Shown: positions 31,001 through 44,940, counted from the first letter of the whole stretch. The stretch is 61,361 nucleotides of DNA, filler included, from Collodictyon triciliatum (GCA_043381765.1; 4 parts of 4 records of this genome joined end to end with filler, not necessarily neighbours in it); one strand, 5' to 3'. Notes: generated from the sequence alone by a model not told the origin. Program-made: numbers and translations.

Positions 31001-34000
31001 TCTCCATGGAAAGGAAATCATGTAAAAATTACATTTGTTGAGAACAGCCGATACATAATTTCTTCGATGAAAAAGGGATTTCCCTGGCCTCTTGTGGTAA
31101 CTACATGAGCGATACTGCTGGGCAAGTCATTGATGTCGTACAACGAGCAAACTAGATCCACCTAAGGATAAATGCATTATACGGCAGTACTTGAGTGGTT
31201 CTTCTAAGCAAAGAACACAGAAAAAGAAAGTATACGAGGGAAAAAAACAAAAGGATATGAAAAATAGTATGCTTCCTTTACTTGATATGGGATGGAAAAT
31301 ATGTTCTCTTAAGAAAATATCATATTAATATCCTTGTCTTTTTCTCACCGATTCCTCGTTCGTCAAGAGCCCAAGTTTCATTAAAAATACACCTCTAGTT
31401 GCAACGAGCTCACAATATCGAGGGGGTTCTGGAATGGAGAGCGGTCGAAAGGAAAGAACAAGCATAAAGTTGGGAACACGATTAGTAATCTCACGAACGA
31501 ATACCCACGAAGCAGAGTCGAACCTGAGTGATAAGACTGATTACAATAATTTCTTCCCATAACATACTAATTATTAGTGAGAATCGGATGAATCGCATAA
31601 TGGGAAGACACCTCTCAACTTGTCCTAAAAATAATCCAATCGAAGACCAGTACATACCATTGTCCATTGTCAATCATGACCAAAGTAGAGTCCTTTGAAT
31701 TTGCCATGAATATTCTAATCAAAACATCAATCACAGCATCGATGCGAATGTCTCCAATCATAGACTCTGTAATCTGCAGATTTATAATGAGGCTGAACAC
31801 ATCTTTCTTCCTCCCGTACATTTTTAAAACATGCAAAAAAAATTTGATAGTTCTTATTTGGATTTACTTAAAAACATGTTCAAATAATAGGCTAAAACAC
31901 AAAATGGTCTGGAACCTCGTTATCAAGTAAAGGTATCTTAGGCAATACGCAGTTGAGTAACGGAGCCAAGGTTTCCAGGGGTTTTGAGGCAAGACCTTCG
32001 GTGTCGGATACTGGGGGGTAGTTTCTACCAAGGCATGAGCAGAGGCGAAAATTTAAAAGGAAATGAGTTAATCGAATGATAATAATCACACCAGCAAATA
32101 GTATTTGTAAAGAACATGAATTCATAGCCGCACTCATCAATCATTCTCAAGTAGTCCAACAGAAGCTGCTTCTGGGATTCACCAGAGTGGTCGTAGGTAT
32201 CGAATCCTATATAATCTGAAATGACCAGTCTCCAAGGAAAGAGCGGTGTACTACGTTCAATTCGGTCACCAGAGCCGTACAAAATTCTGTGCATAAAAGA
32301 ACATCGTCACAATATTTTTTGTCAAACGTTGAATGATAATATTTAGCTGACTTCATTTCAAGAGAGAAATAATACAATACTAAAATGCGATGTATGAAAA
32401 AAAATACATAGTTCCTAGTAGTACATACTTTACATCCAGGAAAGTAGCATTCTTGCGTAACTCTGATAGCATGATGGACTTGCCCATCCCAGCATCGCCT
32501 TCAATCAGAGTTGTGGAGCCTTCCTTTGCAGTTATTAAACTATCTAGATTTGATTTAAGTCTTCCCCATTCGGCAGTGCGTCCAACGAGGCGCATGGAAT
32601 GCTGAATCAGAGATTTTGTAGTCTCCACAGTTCCGATAGGATAATAAATTGAAATAGGCTCGGATTTTCCTTTCACCTAAGATTTTCCTTTCTATTATTA
32701 CATGAACGCAAAAGGAATATGTCGTTTGGTGATAATAACAAACATGATAATCTAGTGAACAAGCAAAGAATAAAGTATTATATTTAGTTGCAAAAATTTT
32801 TTAACCTTGATGGGTGGCATGGCACGGAACCTGAGCCGCAGTTGCTTCACCTCCGCACTTCGACACGCTTCAAAAGTTGATCTAGGATTATGATTTGAAT
32901 TATGATTAGTTTTTTTAAAAAAAAATTAAACATCATCATAAGATCGCGAGGAAAGAACGGAAGAACCAAATATCAATGAAAGAAAGCGAGGTATGGGAAC
33001 GCAAATTCTAATATTGATTTATTACATTCGAATAATGGAATTCCCATAATACAATAAGGATGATAAATTGATTGGCGATGGGAAAACCTGTCGCAAAGCA
33101 TATTGTTTGTTTCCGAATAAATCCCATTTTTTTCAAGGGTACTTTTTGATGCAACCATCAGGCGAGCTGCAAGATTAACAACATCACCAACAACAGCATA
33201 TTCACGTCGATCTTTGCTGCCAACAGCACCACAGAATACCTTTTATTTTGCAAAATGAGGATGATAAATTGACATAATACCGTCATAGTATCAATAACAT
33301 AGCCCTGGGGTACGTAAGTAATAGTTTTATCGGGGTAATAAAAGTTATTATTACAGATCCTGTAGTTATTCCAACTTTGCTCCCTAATCCCAACTTTGTC
33401 TTCAAGGTTTCTTGCAGCTCAAGCGCCGCCTTGTTATCAGAAAAAGAGTAGGGAAAAAGAAACGGAGAAAAGAGTCCATTTAGTTTTTTTCTTTCGTTCT
33501 TGGATGCAAACAAAACATTCTATGAATAAGATGTTAAACGACACAAGATGGGCTATTTTAATAATAATAATAATAATAATAATAACTACAATAGATGAAT
33601 AATACATATGCTCTTGCAATAAATAAATAAATGAATAAATAAATAAGAGGACAGGTAAACATGTTCGTATTTACCATAACACATCGAGCGGCGTCATTTT
33701 CGTAAGAATAAGGCGGCAACCCAAATGCAACGACCAATACACTGCCCTTGTCGTCCTATTCATCATCGTTATTTTATGATGACAAAATTAGACACAAATA
33801 TCTTTACATAAACTTCAAAAGCATATCGCAGATAAGAAGTCCAGAAAGTAGCTTATCGTTCCTTTCACTCGAAACGAGATATTACCATCATGAACTGCCT
33901 TATTGTCCCAGCCCAATGATGGATGGCTTTCTGCATTTCGAGTGTGGCATTTTGCAAAAGTTGAAAGGACGATGGGTCGGTTTCGTCTAACTCAACATTT

Positions 34001-37000
34001 GGGAGATACAAGAACATCACGGTGACCCTTCGTAACTGTGATAAATATGGAAGAAATTTAGAGAGAAAGAGTGCGTAAATAAAGCGGGAAAGAGGCGGAG
34101 CGATGTAATGAATATGTAAATAGTTATAGTGTTCATATGTTTTCTACGGGGAGATGAAAGACGAGGTCTTTAGCTAATCGCCGTACCTCAGCGAGCCACG
34201 ATGCCATTCCAGATGTGAGTCGGTTGTTCACTACAGGTTGCAAATAGCTCCTTAATGCAGGAATCATCTCTTCGGTGACATCAGGAGTAGCGGTCATACG
34301 ATTCGGAAGGGGATTCGTGATTCTAGTTTTCGATTATTTTAATTATTTACTCCTAAATGAAATTGCATTCAGAAGAGCCACTCGAAGCGATCAATGCAAT
34401 CTCTAAGCAAAGCGGATTAAAAAAACAAGACACTTATCTTCTAGACAATACTTAAATATAGTAAAACGTACTTATCTATCCTGTAGCAACCCTCATTTCC
34501 AACTGCGGTGCCAACACAATGTTCCTTAATGAGCTGCCATGCTTCTTTTGAAATCACAACCTCCCCTGTTTTTGCCTGTCCTTCTGCTATGCTAATCTGT
34601 GATAAAGGATTCCCCATGATAAAGAATTCCCATTGGCCCTAAATTCATAAGTAGCGGTGCTTGGTTTCATGATTGCATTATATGGATGATATGATAAAAA
34701 TAGATATAATAATTCAAATTCACGCAGACTTATCTTAATAAAATAATAACAATAATAAAATAATAATAATATTTTTTTTTCGCACAAGGGCTTAAGGTAG
34801 CGTCGATTAAAGAAGCCTTACCTCACACCCACCAACATGCAAAGCAGCAATTTTCCCACAACCCACACCAACATGGAGACTCATTTCTCCATCATTTCCC
34901 GCTTTCCATGCGTGCAGCTTCTCCTGCATCTCCATCGCACATTGCACAGCCAGTAATGTATTTAGCCAGAGCGGTCCGTTTGCCCACATGGCCAAGACAG
35001 CGTCTCCAGCAAACTTCAAAGGAATGGAATCAATACCTCTTCTGGCCACTAATATATTCTGATATATTTTTTTTTACTTATCTAATTTTCATGGCATTAT
35101 AAAATGAAACCTTTATGGTGTCTCCGCCAAAGAATCTAATCAAAGCCATCAAGTTTTCAAAATATTTGTTCAAGTAGGCAGAGAGCTTCTCAGCACCTTC
35201 AACGCCCTTTTTGCATAGCTTTTCTGATAGTGGAGTAAACCCTGATATATCTGCAAACAGAACAGTCGCCTGTAGATACTCAATTTCTGCTTCCTATACG
35301 CATTCATAAATAGAACGACACTTGTTTACCTTATGATAATCATGACAATCTTAAATAATACATCACTTATCGGTATATATATGTAATTACTTGAAGAGCT
35401 GCAGGAGAGGCGATAAAGCGTTTTATGACAATATGTGGGAGGAAAGCTGCAAGTGTCTTTGCGTCTGCTCCAGAGCTTATTTGAATCTTGGTCCTCTCTG
35501 ATGATTGAACTACAAAATAACATGATCAATGTATTTGTAAGAAAAGATTGGCTATGCCTTAATTCTACTAAACCATGGGATTAATATATAATTCAAGCGA
35601 TTACTTCTGGGAGTTGATACTTTCGGAAAATGGTCGATTATTTTTAGCTTTGAAGAGGAGGATGTTTGCACGCTTCTTTGTAAGGATGTAATTCGTTCTG
35701 TTACAGTGGAGACCCATCTCTGTCTTGTAGCCTCTGAGTCATATGCAACATAAAACTGACGAGAATCTCCCTCGTATAAAAGACAACGAGGAACTTCCTC
35801 GCTCTTGAGATTATCCTTTTCTGTGGCCAAGGTCACTTTAAGCATCTAAATAAAGGGATATTTCAAAAATTAAATAAGTATAAAAAAGTTTATGAAACGT
35901 AAAGAGGTCAAACTTGCATATTAAAAATATCAATTCAAGCACCCTCTTAAGTGGGATAGACTTAATTGGCTCAGAGTCTGACTGGTTTCGATAAAGTTCG
36001 ATATGATTGCCCTATTCAATTTGATTATGTTTTCGTTTAATTTCTAGAAGAAAATTAAAAAGCATTTCCATACCATGGAAAATGACGTCCTATTTCTAAT
36101 TCAATTAAATCGCATTATTAAGCAATAAAATACCTCAAGAGACATCCACGCAGGTTTCCACGGTGCATTTGATGGAGAAGTTTTTTTGTAGATGACATGA
36201 CTGTAGAGTACCTCCTTTTTTTTTAAGATAGATTTGCATTTGGTTAAAAATGATTCTATAGCTACCGCAGTTTTTTTTTTTTATTATTTTTTTTTTTTGG
36301 CCGGATGGGTATCCAAACGAAAGCATGGTTACTTGTTGGTCACCCACACTCTGCTCTGTCTTTGACTTTGGACCCATAAAAGTAGCAGCCTTTATATTGG
36401 ACCAAACTTAGTATGAAATATATATATATTTTGCTTTTTGGGTCATCTTGTCGTAAAAAAAAAATAATCGATTAACAATAAACAAAACCATCACGTTTAA
36501 TTTCTAATTAACTTTACCATCACTTTTGTTAGTGAGTTTATGAAACCGGCCTTCCCCGCCGCTTTTGCATTGCTTTCTCGAGTGCTTCCAGGCTTGGTTT
36601 GTGAGCTCATTTCGGAAGAATTTTCAGGGCTCAGTCCAATACCAAGGAACTTAATTGTGATGATGAAGTTAGGAAAGGTAAGGAATAGCGTGAGATGCTT
36701 AGACAAATTCCCTTCGTGAAACTGGGATATCAAGGAACGATAATATCATAGATTAAGCAAATAATACTAATTGTGGCGATAGAGGTTAAATAATAAATGC
36801 TCTTACAAGATCGGGTGTGCATGGGATATAGAGAGCTTTGATCCAATTGCAGTAATCAGCTTCATTGTGTGCCTTTGTAGTTATTATTAAGTAAGATGAA
36901 GTCCAACATATTATCATCAGCAATAGCTTAATTTATGCATTTGTAATCGATTTTTGTTTGTCTGTTGTTTTTTTTTAAAAAAAGGAACTATTGAATGTAA

Positions 37001-39870
37001 ATTAGAGAAGCGAAGTATCAGAACCTGAAGGATTGTATATTTTGTCCCGCCAATACCCAGTGAAAAACAGAATGCAAGTTTGTCTCCGTTTGAAGAGTAG
37101 TTTGGGAGCTTATGATAAACAGTGTGCGGTTATACACCATGATGATAAGTACAGTAATATATAGTATGAAATATTGTCGGTATGTAGGGAATATGGATTT
37201 ACCTCCTTTATGTTCACAGTGTGGTCGATTTCGATGGAGCCTTTGAATTGGTGTTCCTCAAAGTAAAATAGCCTCTTCGTAAGCCTTCCCTATTGATATG
37301 GAAAACAAGCTGATTGAAAATCTTCAAATATAAATTAAAATAATGATTAAGACTCTTCCATGATTATTTATAGGTTTCATTTGTCAGTCGCATAAATATA
37401 TTATTAAGACTCATACATCAGGAGAATAGAAAACACGAAGGGAAAATGTGCGTGTTATCCAACGGAAACTACGTTCAGCTTTTTTCCTCAGTTGACTTTC
37501 TGCCAAAGTAATAAATTTCTTGCCCGATGCAGTTGGCTATGGATGATTGGAAAAACGGGTCAAGAAATTTTTTTTGTGACAATAACATATTTGGTTGATT
37601 TTTTCTCCATACATGTGCCGATGTATATTTATTTTTACTGATATTTTTAAAAGAAAAAGTCGGTTGGTGCAACAGTAAATATGATTTGAATTAGAACCTT
37701 GGTTTCCGAGCTTGTTGGGCTTATGGGGATGCTTGCAGGGTTGTAAATAGGATCTGGAGTATTCTGTTCTGTCTCTGCCAAAGCATCGTCCATATCTTGC
37801 TCCATTCGAAAGGATAGATCATCCAGCGAGGCAGGAATGTCCGACTCGTCTAAATCGTCTGCTGTGGTATCGTTTGGAAAAGAGATAGAGGAATCGACTG
37901 ATTGTGTCTCATTCATTTGATTATCTGCTGGGTTGCTGTCTTCTGTGCCAGTCCTAGGCTCTGTTACACTTGCAGAAAAAGGTTCTGATAGGTCCTGGCT
38001 TGTGCTCTCTCTTCAGAGTTCAATGACATAGTACAATTTTGAGGAATAAGGTACAGAAAATATAGAAGTATGTAAGTTCAGAAAAGAGAGATATTTCAGT
38101 CATGAGATAGTCTGTTAAACAAATGCTCATAAACATATATCAGTTGACATGAATAATTTACATTGGAGTCGACTTTTCGCTTCGCCGTCGTCTCAGGACT
38201 TGACCAAGAGAATATGCATGGATAATTTTCTCTGAGTCCGTGTGACTTTCAGAGAGGATGAGGAGGAATCTGTCATAAAATACAATGGTGCAGCACCTCT
38301 CCATGTATTCAACAGGGACATCAGTAAACGAGAGCAAATCATCACGTGCTGTAGGGCGGATTTCTTTGATAGAATCCCAAGGAATGTTTTTTATATTTTC
38401 CCTGTAAAATAGGGCAAATTTATGTACATATTTATGAGGACTCGCCGATGTGAATGATGGTTGTTATCTTTTATTAAAAGTTACAGACTCTGACATATTC
38501 GTTTTTTTCGGGACATATTAGGCAGAAAAGCATATAGTTAAACCAGTCGTAAGAATGACCAATTCGGTGTTCACTTACTTTGGTGATTGAGGATTAGCAT
38601 AGGAGAGGTCTTCAATACCAAAATAAACATGCTTTTCTTTCCATGCTGATTCAGTTGATTGCTTCCGAAGTTGAAACTTACCCTCAAGCAAACATGTTTT
38701 CTATCAAAGAAATGCAGGTTGTTTTTTCATTATAAAATAGCCTATGAGGTTTGAAATAAAGAAAAGAAAAAGAAAAAGAAAAAGAAAGAAAAGGAACAGG
38801 AACAGGAACAGGAACAGGAATAGGAATAGGAATAGGAATAGGAATAGGAATAGGAAAAAAATCAGGAATAGCTGACCTCGACATAATCCACTGATACGTT
38901 TGTGCTTGGCTTCGGCGACATAATATTTTTTTCGGACTCGCTGAAAGACTTTCGAAATAGATTGGAGCTGTTTCTCTTAAGAATGCTTGTTTTTGAGCCA
39001 AACCTGTCCATAAGGCTTTTGCGTTGCTGCACCTGATCCAAAGGTTTTGACTCAGAGAGTGATGTTCTAGCTGAATTTGCCGACGCAGTTGTACTAGAAT
39101 CTGGACCAGCTGAACTGGACAGAGATGGATGTCGTGGAATAGGATCCATTTCCTCAGTCTGGTGCTGAATCTCGTGCAGAACAGCAGACAAAGCCTTGAC
39201 CCATTGCATCTTGAGCTCCCGAGTTGCAGCCATGAAGCATGTGCTCTTTGAGAAGGACAGCAGAGCGAAACACCGATTCACAGATTCAGGCTCCACACCA
39301 GGAAAACTAAGTGGGCTTTCCCGAAGAATCACGGACTGGTCCAGTGGGATGGAACCATAAAGTTCAAGTTTGCGAACGTCCTTGTAATAGTTGAGTCGCA
39401 AGTCTTCGAGCACAAAATATCTCTCGTGCCAGCCCCAACTCGTATTTGTTCGCTTATGCAGAAGGCTTTCCAGTTGTACCTGTCATTATGACGTCGTATT
39501 TGCATGAGATTTATATATATATACATATTATAGTTAAACAGTTCACAAAGTAACATTAAGACATGTATCGAAATATGGATATGGATAAAAATATCAGGGA
39601 ATTTCGAGATAAAGCTGGTAATAAAGATGTAGAAATTTAATAAATGATAAAAAAATGCAGTACATATCTATATCTATTTTATGACCATACTGATTGCGCG
39701 CTGGATAGTTGTGATTGTTGCTGTTCTTTTCGAGTTGCAAGAAAGCTCGTACGAGCGGCTTCGATAGTTTCTTTCCACTTTCGGGCATCTGATTCAGTAT
39801 CTGCTAAAACCACCATTAAAACTCCACGGAGGTCCAGTATAAAGGCTTTGTTTTGTTGCTGTGCACTATA

Positions 39871-39905
<35 letters not shown>

Positions 39906-39910
39906 GAGGG

Positions 39911-39958
<48 letters not shown>

Positions 39959-40139
39959 GAAAAAGAAAAAGAAAAAGAAAAAGAAAAAGAAAAAGAAAAA
40001 GAAAAAGAAAAAGAAAAAGANNNNNNNNNNNNNNNNNNNNNNNNNNNNNNNNNNNNNNNNNNNNNNNNNNNNNNNNNNNNNNNNNNNNNNNNNNNNNNNN
40101 NNNNNNNNNNNNNNNNNNNNAAAGGCTTTTTTTTGTTGC

Positions 40140-40175
<36 letters not shown>

Positions 40176-40906
40176 GAGGGAGAGAGAAAAATAGAAGAAA
40201 GTTATCAATAAAAATAAGCTATCGACCGGCAAAGTCTATATGAATTTTCTAGAACACGGTGCTTAAATTATTACATGATTTGAATGTTTTCTTTGAAAAA
40301 CAAACAAACAAACAAACAAACAAACAAACAAACAAACAAACAAACAAACAAACAAGAATAAATGAGGGTATAAAAACCTTATTCCGGCTGCTGCTGGATC
40401 CAAGACGAATCGGACACTAGTAATATTTCCCAGAGGAATATTGTTTACGGGCTCTGGGTCATATCGATTCTGGTAGTAATGAAGAAAACCAGAGTCCAAC
40501 AAAAACCACCGTTCTATTGGATGTTTTATTGCATATATTCATGATATTTTGAGGGAATATTTGGAATCCACAGCCAGATATGCAATTAGGAAAGCATGCT
40601 TTACAAAATAGAAGAGACATGATAGATCATGTGTGCTTGTAAATCTTATGAGAGGAACCTTTCCAGCCCCAGCTTCTTTCTTTTTTCTTTTTCAGATAGC
40701 CCTGCATGATCGAGTCACCTTCCTCCTATCATCGTGCAGATCAAAGTTGTATGATGAGCAAATAGGGCGAAGACAAGACACAGAAGAGAGAATGAACACA
40801 AATATAATACTCTTAAGTTGTCCATACAAATATAGTTATCTCAGTTTCTGACCATCTCAAGTTTTGAGTTCTGCAGAAACCCGGGGCGATCGAGTGGAAT
40901 GAATCC
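28038..40906 (-). CDS. PH x5 - soluble-type class III twin cyclase (ADCY10/SgcA family) - STAND/AAA ATPase - helical/TPR-like protein, multi-exon
   Basis: PH starts/ends: QGYLKKKKERSWGWKERWFLL..ARKWKETI; SLLHKRTNTSWGWHERYFVL..MQWVKAL; EGKFQLRKQSTESAWKEKHVYF; SQLRKKAERSFRWITRTFSL..CNWIKAL; IYKKTSPSNAPWKPAWMSL..RQRWVSTV. Cyclase C1: VLFADISGFT, GGDTIKFAGDA. Cyclase C2: ELRRVTVMF, DDKG, AFGLPP, REYAVVGDVVNLAARLM, VKGK. ATPase: LVGR, GDAGMGKS, IDNGQW, GNPFFIEE. Then YGFRH..LHEAI..LAHHF and TGA at 28038-28040. Confidence 0.88.
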
Positions 40907-41393
40907 TTAGAAATAGCAAACCAGGTGTACTTTTTTTTTTTGTNNNNNNNNNNNNNNNNNNNNNNNNNNNNNNNNNNNNNNNNNNNNNNNNNNNNNNNNN
41001 NNNNNNNNNNNNNNNNNNNNNNNNNNNNNNNNNNNNNNNNNNNNNNNNNNNNNNNNNNNNNNNNNNNNNNNNNNNNNNNNNNNNNNNNNNNNNNNNNNNN
41101 NNNNNNNNNNNNNNNNNNNNNNNNNNNNNNNNNNNNNNNNNNNNNNNNNNNNNNNNNNNNNNNNNNNNNNNNNNNNNNNNNNNNNNNNNNNNNNNNNNNN
41201 NNNNNNNNNNNNNNNNNNNNNNNNNNNNNNNNNNNNNNNNNNNNNNNNNNNNNNNNNNNNNNNNNNNNNNNNNNNNNNNNNNNNNNNNNNNNNNNNNNNN
41301 NNNNNNNNNNNNNNNNNNNNNNNNNNNNNNNNNNNNNNNNNNNNNNNNNNNNNNNNNNNNNNNNNNNNNNNNNNNNNNNNNNNNNNNNNNNNN

Positions 41394-44300
41394 CTACATC
41401 TGCATGTTCTAACCCTAATGTCCTCTTTCGAATCTCCAAAGATTTCGTGTAAGCAGGGAGCGCAAGAAGAAAACTGTATATTTTGGTAAAGAAGAAAAAA
41501 GGCAATGGTTCAAAGGTTATCATGACAATATCTCAAAAAATGTCTCAATATTTTGGGAGAAAAGAAAATCATGGTACTCAATACCTAAATTTCAACTAAA
41601 AAAAACAGATAAAATCATGAATAAGTAAATTTACTTATTCAGTTCGTATTGGATGTCCCCAATCTTTTCATATATTGAGACAACATCGGGATAGTTTTCT
41701 CCCAGGCACTCGACAAAGATTTCCAGGGATTCATTCAGTAGTGGCAACGATTCTTCCATTCTATGCTCATGGCATATCGCAAATTAGTAATGCTCATGAG
41801 AATCTCTCAGATTATTTCACTGTGTTTTTTCTTCTTCCTGCTGACTGTATCAGTCAAAGCAGACAAACATTTCTGAAGATTTACCAGAGAAAAGAAAGAA
41901 AAATGTACCTCCCTTGCATCATATACACACGAGCGATGTGTTGGATAGCCTTTGCAACTGATGGATGCCTCTTGCCAAATGACTTAATCAAGACAATTTT
42001 TGCCTGTTCGTATGAATGGATGGCTTCTTCTAGCCTGTTTATTAATATTCGTATATAAACATCTTAGCTATCTGAATTGATGCTACATTCTCACTACAGC
42101 AAAAGACATCGAGAAAAAAGAAATCGTTCATATCGATATCGGGTTTTTCTATTCTCATTCAATATATATTCGAGAATGACTTGGCGGTTACTTCAAATCT
42201 GCCATGAAAACATGTCCGAAATTCTCCAATGAAGCCGCAACTGATGGGTGCGAATCTCCAACTTTCTTGAGACGAATCTCTTTTGCAATCTTGTATTCCT
42301 TTGCTGCATCTTCGATTCTGTAAAATTCAATTCATTCAAAAAAAAGAAGAAGCGCTGATGCAAAGAAACAAAAAGGATGCTATAAACCGATGCTGGCTAT
42401 ATGCTACTTTTTTTATATACATTTCATAAACTTAAACAAAGAGCACCTTTTCTGTTCCAACAAGATATCTCCAAAACGGTCGTGCGATTGGGCGATGAGT
42501 AAATCGTCACCACCAAAGATTTTTTGACGAATCTGCATCGCACGCGTAAAGTTCGATTTCGCCTCTTCTAGGCTAGATTTAACAAATAATTTAAAAATAG
42601 TGAAGAATAAATCTATAAATATCATAATACAGAGCTGTCTTATATTTTCCTATACAAATTTCGCTCAATTGTATAAATAAGCGCGCTACTTTGACTCTCT
42701 TTGGAAAACAACTCCAATTTCATCGTAGATGGATGCCAACTCTTCATTCTCAGTCCCACCCGTTTTCATGTAGAGTTTAAGGCACTTTTGGAAATACTCC
42801 ATAGAAATCTTCCAACTGATTATGATATAAGAATAGTTTTTTCTTTTCTTAATATTTGTTTTACTTATGCATAGTTTTTTTTTGGACAGTACAACACCTT
42901 TGAAGATTCTTGTAGACGCGACCCAAGGTCATAAAGTCAAAAGCCTTGGTCTCTATATAAGCTCAAACCAATTGGTGAATATGCTTCATTATCAGATACA
43001 GTATGGTTCATTTCAAAATACATATTCATAAATTATAGCAACTTGAAATTTGCTCCGATTTGATAAGACAAACCTTCTGTTTTCCTCTTCGAAAGTCGTT
43101 GAATAAGAGTTGAAACAAGGAAGGAATTTTCGTATGATTCCAAAAAGAAACTGATGAGCATGTCTCCTGCTTTTGTGAGGGACTAATACCGAGTTCGATA
43201 GTTTGAATCGAATAAAATGGACAAAAAACGGATTAAATGAAAATGCACTATGTCCGCACCGATTCCTTACATTTAATATGATTGCACAGTATATCAAAAG
43301 GAGATTCAGCAGATTTTCTTGATTTTTTGAAGGAAAGTTAAACCTTTGATAGAGTGCTGTAGATTTCCTTATAGTTTGCTATTGCTTTCGTATTGATAAT
43401 TCTCCAGCAATTAAAGAATTCGTATCGATATCTACCACCGAGCATGCTGACCACCACCTTGAAATCACAAAGTAAATGAATTTCGTCGGAAATAGACTTC
43501 ACTTGTTTAGATTACATACAATACAATAACTTAAATGAAATTGATAGGTATCAGTTAATTACGTGTTCACTCTTTAAATATTCGACGAGTGCATCGAAGC
43601 ATTGTCCTTGAATGAGCTGATAGCACACTTCAGCAACCAATTCCTCATCCATGTCCTTGGATTCGGCATATTGCCCATACAGCCACATGCCGTACTCTTG
43701 GTGTGTTTCAATCAATTTATCTTCTGTTCCAAAGAATCGAATTTTTGCAGTTTCAAGCAGAAGTTGATGGAAGTACATGTATCTGGTTATTTAGCCTTTA
43801 AATCAGTTTTCTTCCACGACAAATAATATCAAAAATATGGGACATATTTCATTAATAAAGAATACCTTCCATTCCGGACAAAAAGTGATTCCACAAGTGT
43901 AAAAAAGAAAGGTTTCCTGCAATAAATCATACACTTTCAACACATGGGGAGTTTACATTATAAGATAGGAAAAAAAAAGTAAAAAGTAAAAAGTAAAAAG
44001 TAAAAAGTAAAAAGTAAAAAGTAAAAAGTAAAAAGTAAAAAGTAAAAAGTAAAAAGTGAAAAATAAAAAGTGAAAAATAAAAAGTGAAAAATAAAAAGTA
44101 AAAAGTAAAAAGTAAAAAGGGAAAGGGAAAAGGGAAAAGAGCATGTTTTCATTTGATAGTTTTTATACTATTAGAAATGTGTATTTTCACCATTCAGCCA
44201 GATTGAACTCATTCCTGACAAACTGTTGGATGTATTTGTTCAAATCGCCTTCGCTTAGTCCAATCCTTGACACATACAGAACCTTCATAGAAACCTCTAC

Positions 44301-44820
44301 AATCGGTGCCTCTGAATAATATTCATAAAACATTACAATTACGTCATGTTTTGTTATTATATACTTAGAATAATATATGATGATTTATAAAATAAAACAC
44401 CTTTTGAATTGTATTTCTTTTCCCATCGAGAAATAACCAGATTATAGAGTTCAATAACACCATCAGTTAAAAGAAGTTCCTGAAGTTCAATATCAAGTTT
44501 CTCATAAACCCCAAACACCCGAATTTCGTCAAGGACAAGGCGCAAGTAAAGAGGATGTCCTTTATTAAAGAAAGGCATGCGATTGAAAAAAAAATATAAT
44601 CGTAGTCATGTAAGTACACGGAAAAAAAAAGGAATGGTGCAGAAAAATATATTAAAAACTTATTCAAACCTGTATCTTTTTCTTTAGTACATATCATCTT
44701 GATTTGTAACTCATTCAGCTTTTTGTCGAAGCGATTCAAAAAAGAGACTGTGTTTTCCATGATTTCCTCCTTTTTTAATTTTGTCACTGGGATAATAACC
44801 AATCCACTTTCAATCGCAGA
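41394..44820 (-). CDS. NACHT-associated helical region plus kinesin-light-chain-type TPRs (NPHP3/TEP1-like). 5'-truncated at the contig end and possibly the N-terminal part of the cyclase gene
   Basis: GHPLYLRLVLDEIRVFGVYEKLD, VSRIGLSE, YFHQLL, then TPRs such as RAMQIRQKIFGGDDLLIAQS, EIRLKKVGDSHPSVAASL, SFGKRHPSVAKAI, SLEIRKRTLGLEHADV. The frame is open into the gap 40944-41393. Confidence 0.82.
43975..44117. repeat. Intronic (AAAAGT)n
   Basis: Tandem units read directly. Confidence 0.9.
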
Positions 44821-44840
44821 CTATTTAGGTACATTTTAGT

Positions 44841-44940
44841 NNNNNNNNNNNNNNNNNNNNNNNNNNNNNNNNNNNNNNNNNNNNTTAATTAATTAANNNN
44901 NNNNNNNNNNNNNNNNNNNNNNNNNNNNNNNNNNNNNNNN
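44841..44940. other. Artificial contig-joining linker N44-TTAATTAATTAA-N44
   Basis: Same 100-bp structure as 26966-27065. Confidence 0.95.

Noticed and set aside
39841-40190. Duplicated AAAGGCTTT..TTGTTGCTGT / AGAGGGAGGG segment on both sides of a gap
   Set aside because: It is an imperfect overlap of contig ends around homopolymers, most likely an assembly artefact.
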